From: Eledone cirrhosa
Lineage: Eukaryota
Reading direction: 5' to 3'
NCBI GenBank assembly: GCA_964016885.1
Contig: OZ024742.1
Span: 90,086,001 to 90,150,000, forward strand
Length of the DNA stretch: 64,000 bases
Shown: piece by piece, positions 14,681 to 27,242 of the stretch
How positions within the stretch are numbered: position 1 is the first letter of the stretch
How the letters are laid out: every line of letters begins with the position of its first letter
The notes under the pieces: model-generated
The model's input: only the letters and a program-made list of their open reading frames with translations
What the model was told of the DNA's origin: nothing
The model's database searches: none
Translations under genes and position numbers: made by a program

Positions 14681-16249
14681 TTTTTCGAGGCATTCTACCG
14701 AAAATATGTAATTGAATAAAGCTGATACAAATCAATTAAAAGAAATAAATAGTTGTGTACAATGTGAACATTTTTGTAATAATAAGCAAGACGAAAAAGT
14801 ATATTTTATCATCTGCTTTTTCTACACGGGAATTATATATTAGATTTTCATACTTACAAAATAATTTTGCTAATATCGTGTTTAGCAGTGTCGGTTGAGC
14901 AATGTGTAAATATTTGATTAAAAACCAAAAGACAAACAGTAAATATATTTCAACCTCTGAATAAGTATTAAAGAAATGACGATTTTTATTTTGAAAATAT
15001 GATTTATGACATCAAAACTGCTTTAGAGTTTAATTTTTTGAATAAAAAGTATCGTCTGTTATTTCTTACAATTAACACATTTATACACACACATGCACAC
15101 ACGCACACACATACGCACGTACACACACACACAAACACATACACACACACACATACACACACATACACACAAACACACACACATACACACACACACATAC
15201 ACACACAATCCCAAGACGTGGCGTTGTGGAAGGAGGAGAGTTAAGAAGTGTAATAAGTTAAAATTATAAACACTGTATTTATCGCTAAAGTATCGTCTGT
15301 TATTTCTTACAATTAACACATTTATACACATACACACACACATGCACACACGCACACACATACGCACGTACACACACACACAAACACATACACACACAAA
15401 CATGCACACATACACACAAACACACACACACATACACACACAATCCCAAGACGTGACGTTGTGGAAGGGGGAGAGTTAAGACGTGTAAAAAATAAGTTAA
15501 AATTATAAACACTGTATTTATCGCTAAAGTATCGTCTGTTATTTCTTAGAATTAACACATTTATACACATACACACACACATGCACCCACGCACACACAT
15601 ACGCACGTACACACACACACAAACACATACACACACAAGCACACACACATACACACATACACACACACACATACACACACACATACACACACATACACAC
15701 AAACACACACACATACACACACACACATACACACACAATCCCAAGACGTGACGTTGTGGAAGGGGGAGAGTTAAGAAGTGTAATAAATAAGTTAAAATTA
15801 TAAACACTGTATTTATCGCTAAAGTATCGTCTGTTATTTCTTACAATTAACACATTTATACACATACACACACACATGCACACACGCACACACATACGCA
15901 CGTACACACACACACAAACACATACACACACATACACACACAATCCCAAGACGTGACGTTGTGGAAGGGGGAGAGTTAAGAAGTGTAATAAATAAGTTAA
16001 AATTATAAACGCTGTATTTATCATATTCGCGTAACCCACACTCCTCTCTTTCTTTATTTTACTCTCTCTCTCTCACTCCTCTCTTTCTATCTCCCTCTCA
16101 CACATCCTTCTCTCTGGCCGTTATGGAAATTACACACACACACATGCACGCACACATACACACACAAACACATACACACACGCACATACACATACAATCC
16201 CATAACGTCGTGTTGTGGAAGGGGGAGAGTTAAGAACTGTGTAAAAGAT

Positions 16250-16599
16250 GGGTAGACCTTGCTGATGATAGCTAACAAGCTTGAAACTAGTACATCGTTC
16301 CTGTGTCAGTGTTGAACAAAAAGGTGACGTGGTTGCCTTAACACCGTATGGTATAAATTCAGGCTGTTCAGTTTGTTGACAAACGAACAAATCAGCGCTA
16401 TAATAAGCGTCTACTAAACTGATGCGTGCATATAAGTATGTGTACCTGCATGTATGTATATATATATATATATATATACATGCTACTGTACGTCTGTATA
16501 CATATATGTATGTACGTATACATACATACTTACATTTAAGTAAGTGCCATACTAAGAGTGAGAAATGAAATTTCGTTTTTCGTTTTCATTTTTTTCAAC

Positions 16600-16600
<1 letters not shown>
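16250..16600 (+). mobile_element. ~420-bp HHR-bearing non-coding unit (retrozyme-like, family D), copy 1
   Basis: ttg-CTGATGA-tagct-aaca-agctt-GAAA-ctag-TA-ca at 16256-16298; ends gaaatttcgttt...ttttttt then a long (TA)n; homologous to 21011-21645, 50330-51143, 54839-55262. Confidence 0.8.
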
Positions 16601-17375
<775 letters not shown>

Positions 17376-17425
17376 AAAATAAAGTTAAATAAAAGTCAAA
17401 TGATTAAAATTTAGCTTCGTTTATT

Positions 17426-17480
17426 ACTGCTATATATATTTCAGTGACAGCCATCTTTGGCTGTGACCTCTTCAGGCAGT
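17426..17480 (-). ncRNA. Type I hammerhead ribozyme
   Basis: Reverse complement of 19829-19883. Confidence 0.8.
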
Positions 17481-18769
17481 TTGAATTAGTATGGTATAGA
17501 CAAGTACATATGTTGTTTAGGTGTATGATATTGTCAATACTCTGATATGCCCAGTTCCTTGCTGGGTTGTTAATTCACTGGGGAACTGGAGTCATATGAA
17601 TTCAAACAAACGAATTTTCGTGTCACAGGTCCCCTTCTCCTCTCATTGGTCAGTTATTAGTGTTGTCATTGTTGGAGTTAGCTTAAAAATTGATAAAATG
17701 GTAGAAGGGACAAGGTGTTGAAGGAACAAAATATCAAAAAATGTGTCAAACTTCCCATTGTTCAGTTTTGAAAGCATTCCTCAGTCAGAAGTCTATAGAA
17801 TTCTTTCTGGGGTGAGGCTCCCTGTAGTGTTTATGCCTGCTATTGTTCAGTACATTTGACCTCCACCATTATTTTGGTACTGTTGTTGTTGTAGTGGTCA
17901 GCTTATATCTTGTTGCTGCTAACAATTTAGAAGTATTCAGTTTGTGTTTTCTCTTCATCCCACCCGCCACCATCGTAGTGGTGGTGGCGGGGGGGGGGGG
18001 GTTATTTCATGTATATGAAGAAATATAAGGCAATAAATGAAGAAAACAGAAGATGAATAAATAATATAATAAAATAAAATAATTAATATAATTTGTGTAA
18101 TTTGAAAATAAATAAATAAATAGAGAATAAAGAATAAAGAGTAAATGAGAGATTGGTGAAAAAGTAATGATAATGTATATGGAGAAGTGAGAAATAATGT
18201 AGGATAAAGTGTGTGTGTGTGCTATAACCAATCTCAAGGTCAGAATATGTTGGATAGATTGGTATGATACAAGATGTTAAGATGAGATATTCAATGTGTT
18301 TGTGTTATAATCTATCTCAACTTAAAATAAATATAAGGTTAAACAGTGAATAGGGCAGAAAACAAATAACAAATTAATATAGAGAAATCAATATTTAAGA
18401 TTGGAACTTTAAAGTCAGAAATCTGGTAAATTAAAAGTGTTTGTGTTATAGATGTTGGCCAGATTATTATGGCTGTGTCCGATTCTGTCTCTAGGCTATC
18501 ATGGTGTCTGCTCCGCCTGGGTTGTTCCCTATGGCTTGAGGGGAGTTCACAACCTAGGGTGTTGTAATTGTCCATATAGCTTGAGGGAGGTCTGGCCGAG
18601 AGGTGTTTTCATGTTCTGTAGAAGTCCCTATAGCTTGAGGGGAGTTCACATCTTCTTGTGTAGCTACTGTCCATATATTTTGAGAAAGGTCCCGGCTCTA
18701 AGGTGTCTGCATGTCCCGAAGAAGTCGGTTCTGAGGTTTATCAGGCCGCTTCCACCTCTTAGTATCTCG

Positions 18770-19140
18770 AGGGTCTCGTTCAGGCATAGTTTGCATATGC
18801 AAGATCCCCCTTTATCGGGTGGTACTTCCTGATTATGTACCAGGCCAGAGAGTATGGGGTCCTGTCCAGCTTAAGCTTCCAGATCAGGTCGGAGAGAGCT
18901 GTGCTTTTCCTTTTGGCCTCCTTCTTGAATGAATGGCGATGGTTGTACCAGCGGTCCTTAAAGCTCGTTGATGTGGCTCCTATGTAGAGGTGTTCGGAGT
19001 TGGGGGTTTTAACCCTACAACCGTACACTATGTTCTTCTTGAGACATTCATTACCAAGGGGGCATGATTCGGGGTTTCTACAGTTGCAGAGGGTGGGCGG
19101 CCTCTGCGTGCTTAGATTAGGGTTCTCATTATGTGTTACA
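18770..19140 (-). pseudogene. PLE GIY-YIG endonuclease fragment (CxCx5C linker)
   Basis: CNCRNPESCPLGNECL..NIVYGC...YIGAT..FKDRWYNHRHSF...STALS..IW.LK. Confidence 0.85.
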
Positions 19141-19239
19141 TGTTGGTCTTCCCCCATGCTGGTCTTCCCCCAGAGCCCACCCAAGAAACACAAACAGACC
19201 TAAGGACCCTCCACCGAACAACAACAGTACCAAAATAAT

Positions 19240-19425
19240 TGTTTCTACTTTAGGCACAAGGCCAGCAATTATCCAGTGCATTACTGGTACTTTATTTTAT
19301 CGACCTCGTAAGGATGAAAGGCAAAGTCAACCTCGGCGGGATTTGAACTCAGATCGTAAAGGGACGTAACTATGCTGGAAAGCATGGCGTCCGACCCTCC
19401 ACCGATACTGCCAATCCACCGCCCT
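19240..19425 (-). mobile_element. tRNA-derived octopus-type (CORE-like) SINE with 16-bp TSD
   Basis: A-box tggcagtatcgg, B-box gagttcaaatc, body gactttgcctttcatcct...gataaaataaagtaccag; TSD acagtaccaaaataat at 19224-19239 and 19426-19441. Confidence 0.88.
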
Positions 19426-19828
19426 ACAGTACCAAAATAATGGTGGAGGTCAAATGTACTGAACAATAGCAGGCATAAACACTACAGGGAGCCTCACCCC
19501 AGAAAGAATTCTATAGACTTCTGACTGAGGAATGCTCTCAGAACTGAACAATGGGAAGTTCGACACATTTTTTGATATTTTGTTCCTTCAACACCTTGTC
19601 CCTTCTACCATTTTATCAATTTTTAAGCTAACTCCAGCAATGACAACACTAATAACTGACCAATGAGAGGAGAAGGGGACCTGTGACACGAAAATTCGTT
19701 TGTTTGAATTCATATGACTCCAGTTCCCCAGTGAATTAACAACCCAGCAAGGAACTGGGCATATCAGAGTATTGACAATATCATACACCTAAACAACATA
19801 TGTACTTGTCTATACCATACTAATTCAA

Positions 19829-19883
19829 ACTGCCTGAAGAGGTCACAGCCAAAGATGGCTGTCACTGAAATATATATAGCAGT
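19829..19883 (+). ncRNA. Type I hammerhead ribozyme (minimal, palindromic stem III)
   Basis: actgc-CTGAAGA-ggtcacagcc/aaagat/ggctgtcact-GAAA-tatata-TA-gcagt; stem I is a perfect 5 bp. Confidence 0.82.
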
Positions 19884-20024
19884 AATAAACGAAGCTAAAT
19901 TTTAATCATTTGACTTTTATTTAACTTTATTTTACACTACTCCGGAGTAACCAAACCAACCTGCGCACTTCGTCGAGTGCTCCAGCCTGCATACTGAGGT
20001 GTTGGTATACAACCAACATAAACT

Positions 20025-20108
<84 letters not shown>

Positions 20109-20109
20109 T

Positions 20110-20455
20110 GTTGGTAAACGGAATAGAAAATGCTGACAAATTGTTCACAGTTGAAAAATGGTTTAATTATGAATAAAAGAGTATTAGTGATTGTATGGGT
20201 TAGTATTCAGTTGTGGTTTTAAGTTCTTAAGTTTTTACCGGTTGCGCATTTCTAAATGCTTTTCAAAAATAATTTTGAGATAGAGTGTCTGTGCTGTTTG
20301 CTAAACTTAAAACCACAACTGAATACTAACCCATACAATCACTAATACTCTTTTATTCCTAATTAAACCATTTTTCAACTGTGAACAATTTGTCAGCATT
20401 TTCTATTCCGTTTACCAATATATAATAACTTGTGTGTTACACCTCTATTCTTTTA
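20110..20455. repeat. Fold-back repeat between (TA)n tracts
   Basis: ttggtaaacggaatagaaaatgctgacaaattg at 20111 is inverted at about 20385-20418. Confidence 0.85.
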
Positions 20456-20463
20456 ACTATATA

Positions 20464-20516
<53 letters not shown>

Positions 20517-21010
20517 CCATATATACACATAGATACGTACATGCACGTATCTGTATATATAACTTACCTGGAACGCAAACTTCGAAATTATTGAATATCT
20601 AATTGAGGTTTCTCTAAATACGAAATCAACAAAATCCGTTTGTGGTGTATAGAAGTTAGTTGTCTGGAAGATCGAACAGAGGATTGACTTTCTCAACAGG
20701 CCTTCGTTCTAACCCAAATCCCAGTGTGATAGCACATGTTACTACAAAGGGAGGTAACCTCGGTTTATGGGGGTCAAAATCAAATTATGATCAATGGAAA
20801 AAATTCTATACACAAACTGAATTAAGCACTCAACCAGACCGTTATTAAACAAACTTAAATAATTAACCAATCAATGGAATTGTCACATTAAATTAATCGA
20901 TTAATCACTAGGTCTAGGAGATAGTATTACAAAAGTACATGTATGTATATATAACATACCTGGACCGATATTCGAAATTATTGAATATCTAAGTATATAT
21001 ATATATATAT

Positions 21011-21645
21011 AAATGGAAAAAATGAAACGAAATTTCATTTCCACATCTTAGTACGGCTGTTACTTAAATATCAGTATGTACACGTACATACATATATGTA
21101 TAAAGACGTACAGTAGTATGTTATCTATATACATACATGCACATATATATATATATGTACTTATGAATTCACCGAACATTTATTATAATGCTCGGTGTGT
21201 TTGTAAACAAACGTTCCGTATTAAGCCGTAGTGTCTAACAACCATCGTTGCTCGTTTGTTCAACACTGACTAGTTTCAAACTTATTAGCTATCGTCAGAA
21301 ACGTATACCTTCCTGCCAGATTGTTGAACATATATATTTACCTTATGCATATTAACGGCTGAGTAGCCCAATTTGTATATCGAGTGGTTTAATCGGCCGG
21401 GTGCACCGAAAACGATAAACGGAAAAAAATGAAACGAAATTTCATTTCCCACTTTTAGTACGGCTGTTACTTAAATATAAGTATGTACACGTACATACAT
21501 ATATGTATACAGACGTACAGTAGTATGTATATATATATACATACATGCACACATATATATATGTACGTATGGATTCAGCGATCATTTATTATAATGCTCG
21601 GTGTGTTTGTAAACAAACATCCCGTATTAAGCCGTAGTGTCTAGA
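21011..21645 (-). mobile_element. Family D HHR unit, about 1.5 tandem copies
   Basis: aaa(t/c)ggaaaaaatgaaacgaaatttc recurs at 21011 and 21417 (period about 406 with a small deletion at the HHR). Confidence 0.85.
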
Positions 21646-24600
21646 TCCCAAATTGATGTCAAATTGATGTCATCCTCGCGGCCCGTAAAACCATAGTTGC
21701 ATGTGAAGATCAATTATGGACCCGCAAGGATTCACCTAACAACTTCGACATAAATATGGGAACTAGTGACTCGGCGCAGATCACAGATTTGTTAGGCCTG
21801 AAATGAAAATCATAAGAATTTACCCTACCTCAATGGTGGTTTACATCGTGACGATGCACTACTACTTAATGACTATAAAAAAATTAATATAGAAAGAACT
21901 AGGAAACAATTGCATAAAATGTTTAAAAATTTCAACTTAAGTGTTACCTTAGATAGAAACACTAAAAACGTTAACTTCCTTGATGCTACCCTTTGCTTGG
22001 ACTCTAAAATATATACACCCTTTCATAAACCAAACGAAAAACTACTTTATGCAGATACCAACTCTAACCACCCTAAATCTATATTAAACTCAATTACTAA
22101 AGGAGTATCTAATAAAATTGCCACACTATCTTATAATGAAACTATATTTAACAGAAATTCCCAATAATATAATGATAGTTTAGCTCGCCCAGGCCATAAA
22201 AATAAAATTAGATTTTTACCTAAAAAATCACCTAGTTACAACATTATTTCTCACAATATGGCCATGAATAAAGGTAATAAATGCACTGACCACTCTAACT
22301 CTAGTATGAAGAGTAATAACAAAGTTAACTCTCTCTAGAATAAACACCCCAATAATAATAATATAAACAGAAATATAAACAATACTTCATATAACATTAC
22401 AAAAAGTAATTACAAAAATAGAACTAATACATTTTTCAATCTCCTTTCAATCTAAACGTTTCCACCAACTTGCCTAAGTCTTTCTTCTCAATCTTGGAAA
22501 GAAACGTCTCAGTCGGCCATAAATACCATAATCTTATCAATAAAAATACCATCAAAATATCTTACTCTACCACACCTAACATCGCGAACCATATAGCTAG
22601 TAGTAATAAAAGGAAGATTAATAATTATTTCCAACTAATTAAATCGCAACAGGGAGTGAACTTACATAACAACATAGTACCAGAGAATTATAGTAGCAGT
22701 AATAATAATAGTAATAGCACTAATGAATTTAATAACAATGGGAATTATAATCATCATTACCCAAATGCTCTCCCTAACATCCATGCACCTACACACACTC
22801 TTAACCAGCTAGTAAACAACCAAAATAACTGTAATTGTAGAACAAATAGAAACTGCCCCTTGGGAAAAAAATTGCTTAATCAAAGAGATCATTTACTCAT
22901 GCACAGTCGTTAAAAATAACACTTCGAAAACATATATCGGCTCTACTTCGATCTGCTTCAAGACGAGATATATGCGCATCTTCACACTTTCAAAATTCGC
23001 AATCTAGCCAACTCCACTTCTTTATCTAACTACATACACTCTCCGAAAACTAGGAATAGACCATATACACTTCAATGGGAAGTAATAGATAGGGCCAGCT
23101 CGTATAAACCACCGAAATGATTATGTAACCTCTGTCTTCTAGAGACTCGCACAATATTCTATTCTAATCTAAACCTTTTAAATAGAAAATCAGAAATGTT
23201 TTCCACGTGCCGACACTACCACCAACACTTTTTCCACAATTTCAAACCTAGCTGCTAATATATAACAATGTCATATCTTGATTCCTCACCACAGTTAACA
23301 CTTTACCTCTAGGTTTTATCAGCATATAATACCCCCATAGCATCACATTCGTGTATCAGCTCATCCCTCCACTTATCTCCTGTTTATCTCAGATCCTATT
23401 CTCAATAATAATTATAGAGAATAAACATAAATTTACCACCACTTAATATAACTACAATACCTTCCTTACCAATATTTCATTCATTTAATTAGTATATGGG
23501 TAGGTAGTGGTAAATTGAGACCTTTGACATATTATATAGAAAACAGATTGTATATAAAATTAAATATTAAAATATAAAAATATTAAAATAAATAGCATTA
23601 TATAAAAGGATTCACTTATAATATAATATAGTGTATATTAACACATAGAATCTAACTAATTGGAGTCATAAACAACTAACACCAGATTATACATTTTTCT
23701 CTTATACACAAATTAATCATCAATTACCTCCCCTTTCCCATTAGCTTCCCTTAGTGTAGATCTCTAATCACTTCCTGAAATTAAACCGTTAGACAGATCA
23801 CTCCAGAACAACTCTAATCTTTGATAAGATTGTAGTGAGACCAATACACAATCCATAGTTGTAGCTACTGAGAAATATTTCCTGAAATATAACCAACGTA
23901 ATGGAAAGGAAAATCTTGGTATTAACACTCACAACACATATACATTTGAACATTACCGGAACAATTTTAACATTGCATCCACCATAAACTATCATAGAAA
24001 CTGCTTTTCATACCCAGGCATCTCTGTCTGCTTGACATGCGTTTACACCTGTATTGTATTATGTGATACCATTGCCATACTGTGATATATATGCTTAGTA
24101 ACATTGCTCGTTTTTCACCTTGTTACTCTGTACATGCATAATACCTCTGCACTCTTTCAATATGTTTGCCTATGTTCCGCTAAAGTCCTCATTTTGCGAG
24201 TAACTTTCTTCTTTAATTCTTCTATAATTATTATATTATTCTTTTATAATCTTTGTCGCATCCAATGATACTAACCACATCACCTTCACTCTTTAAATAT
24301 GACACCGTTAGTGACAACAGTAATATCTACGTGTGTGTACGATTGTTCTGTGGAATATGAGATTAATTACATGTGTAAACTTTGCTAATGCTCCGAGGAT
24401 TCCAAACGAAAGTTTGGAAGAAAAGATTGTCAGCAACAAAATGTTTTGAACATAGTTTTGATTATTCCGTAATTTATATTCCTGCTCTGTAAGACATCTG
24501 ATGTATTTACATTGAGCTATTTTTCATACTGGTATTAAGATGGCATAAAAAGAATACTGACCTTTCCTGTTTATAATTATATATAGTGTATATATAAGTA
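21646..24600 (+). mobile_element. 5'-truncated PLE (RT + CxCx5C linker + GIY-YIG) with long 3' UTR and HHR
   Basis: MGTSDSAQITDLLG, GGLHRDDAL (21835), VNFLDATL, SNHPKSI, CNCRTNRNCPL, YIG; stops and frameshifts. Confidence 0.88.
24389..24435 (+). ncRNA. Type I hammerhead ribozyme
   Basis: tgct-CCGAGGA-ttccaaac/gaaa/gtttggaa-GAAA-agattg-TC-agca; 4-bp stem I, perfect 8-bp stem II with GNRA loop, GUC site. Confidence 0.8.
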
Positions 24601-27242
24601 TAAATATTATTATTATTATTGTTGTTTTTATCTTGTTTCATTATTGTTTCTGAGATATATGCTGAGTGTCTTTCTGACGCCTAGGGTAAACAAATACAGC
24701 AAATTGATTATAATTTTTTTTAAAATCAATATTCATATATACACATGTGCATATGCATATGTAAATGCAAGGAGGGATATCAATCATACAGAGATAGTGC
24801 TCTTCTCAATACGTGTGCAGTACCAGTCAAAACAATTTTTTGCACCTTTTTTCAGTACGTCATCATCAGAGAAAATATATGATTTGATACATGACATACC
24901 GCTAAGATATTGATTGTTCAATTACAGTATTGGCAGTGATTTATTTCATCAAATCTCAATGTTTATATACCACAAATAATATGATAAACTTAAATAAGAA
25001 AAGGACGTAGAGAAAATTAATAATAAATAAATACGTACATAAATAGATAAATGAATAAAAAATAAATGGATGAATGAATAAAAGAAATAAATAAATGAAT
25101 AAAAGAAATAGATAAATGAATAAAAAATAAATGGATGAATGAATAAAAGAAATATATAAAAAAGAAAAGAGGAATAACGACAAAAGATGGAAGATGTGGG
25201 GAAAGTAAAGGGAACAGAGGAGGGTAAAGAAAATAAAGAAAAATAAAGGAACATCAAAAAGAGCGGGATAGGGAAAGGAACCGTTATTTTCAAATGATAG
25301 ATCAAATAGGACACCCAATCAATTCACATAATCAATTGAATATATTTTGTATTTGATTATGCTTTAGCTAATTATACTTATATATTAAACCAAAATTAAT
25401 CAGTATAGATTACTTTCTATAGCAATCACATATATAGTTTAATTAAGAATTTATATAATTTAATTTAATTCATTATAGATTATTATTTTTAATTTTAAGG
25501 TAAGATATTCTATAAATATTTTGTTACAACTTTAAAAGAATTAATCTTTAAAGCGTATTTAAATAATTATTAAATATTGATTAAAATCTAATATCATGCA
25601 TATATCACCATCAATACATTTAATATATTTCGATCATCTATGACCCAAATTCTTTTATTCAATTATGATATTCTCTTTATAAAATCTTACTATTCTTTAA
25701 TTTTCATTTAATTCCTATGATTAAACTGCAGTTACATTTAATCTCAAAAGTTGTTACATTTATTAATGATAGGTTATATTTACTACTATATTTACTTATT
25801 TTCATATATAGTTTCCTTTTAGTGATAGTCTATATATTATTAATCTACATATTTCATATCTAATATAATTTAGGAAGCTAGTCAAAAAGAAAAAAGAAAT
25901 TTACGGACAATGTAAACAAAAGGAAGATAACTCATTCACCATATGCAAACATTTATAACATATCTGTACTCTCACGTTCCGCGATATTTCGAAAACCGTA
26001 ATCATCTATTGTATATATCATAAATAATGTCTAGTTACATATTGAACTGACCTAATCAAAACATAGGATAACGAGACTCTTAATGAGATTATTCTAAAGA
26101 TATAAATATCAATAAATTATTACCACAATAAGGCAAAAACTTATATATATATATATACAATTATTAATAGTCAATATTTTTCCGAAACTTGTACATTGAC
26201 TGGAAAGTTTTACCGATTTTATGGTAACAACTACTAAATAATTCATTTTTTTTTTGTTGATTAAATTGTCATAATTTGTAATTATCTGTAGAGTCTCAAT
26301 GTTACAAAGATTGCAATTTTGAGAAATAGTTGAGTTCCGATAGGGGGTAGCATTATTTAATTGTGTGCAAGAGATGGAGTATTTAATATTATTGTCCTTT
26401 AAAGGCCATATTAATTGTGAAAGTGAAGTTGAAAATTTCTTATCTGGTTTACTGAGAGATTGTCTATGATTATACCAACGTTCCTTAAATTTAGATGAAG
26501 TGGCACCAGTGTAGTTATATATATTATTATTTGTTTTAATGGTACATTTATATACTATATGCCTGTCAAGGCAATTATTTTCTAAAGGACATTCGGACTT
26601 CTTTCTACAATTACATTTCTTCTCAATATTATTTACATTATTATTTAAATGTGTTCTACTATTATTCATGTTTAAACTATTATTATTGTTATTCCCATTA
26701 CTAATGTATTGTTATTATTATTTTATTTATTGCTAATTAAACGTTGGTTCAAATTAAGATTTTTACTATTTATATTTGCTATATTTTGAGCAATACTCAT
26801 AGTTGTTGAATAAGAGTGTATAACTGTGTGTCTATTGAAGATAGATTAATATTTATGTGCCCTAGGGAAGCATTATCCAAAGCTTTAAAAAATAAATGTG
26901 CTACAAGTGTTTTAATAGCTAAAGATGCTGGCGGAGCATACCAAATTATAGATCTAGTTCTTATATTTTCCCCGATTTATGCATCAAGTTGTTGTTTTTA
27001 TATTTATTTTTATTATGATTACTATGCTTATAATTAATCTTATTTTCAGTATATTTTTCTATATATAATCAATACTATTGTTATATCCAGCTTTATGTAA
27101 CGCTTCATTATAATATACAGCCTTACTATTAAATAGGGATCTATTAGCAGATAGCCTGGATATTCGTTGTTGTACACTGTTGACTATTGCTTTCTTAACA
27201 CTTTTAGGATGATTAGAATAAAAACTAACATAATTTGAGTTC
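24600..27242 (-). mobile_element. 5'-truncated PLE (thumb + GIY-YIG, CxCx5C) tail-to-tail with the previous element
   Basis: SNHPKSV..RISRLS, CNCRKKSECPLENNCL, YTGATSSKFKERWYNH, CNLCNIE; weak CTGATGA...GAAA at about 24849-24869 on the minus strand. Confidence 0.85.

Larger units (their letters stand above)
7807..16247 (-). mobile_element. Head-to-tail Helitron array: short 7807-8723, long 8724-11932, short 11933-12811, long (5'-truncated) 12812-16247
   Basis: Each unit ends on the minus strand with hairpin ccgtccaatggacgg plus gggtcatttgCTAG; junctions read CTAG|TC(T/A)TATATATAATTCCCG. Confidence 0.92.
17376..19933. mobile_element. ~510-bp near-identical inverted HHR-bearing arms (17376-17885 and 19218/19426-19933) enclosing a PLE endonuclease fragment
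   Basis: Mirror ORFs 17521-17721(+) and 19588-19788(-) differ by one residue; (TA)n lies outside both arms. Confidence 0.9.

Noticed and set aside
19330-19425. tRNA gene (A and B boxes)
   Set aside because: The boxes belong to a SINE head; no cloverleaf, and a SINE body and TSD are present.
17376-19933. DNA transposon (Foldback/MITE) with long TIRs
   Set aside because: The arms carry HHRs, are unequal at their ends, enclose PLE sequence and no transposase is present; PLE-type inversion fits better, though TA TSDs cannot be excluded inside (TA)n.
20561-20572. acttacctgg resembling the U1 snRNA 5' end
   Set aside because: No U1 body follows; better read as a minus-strand splice-donor match or chance.
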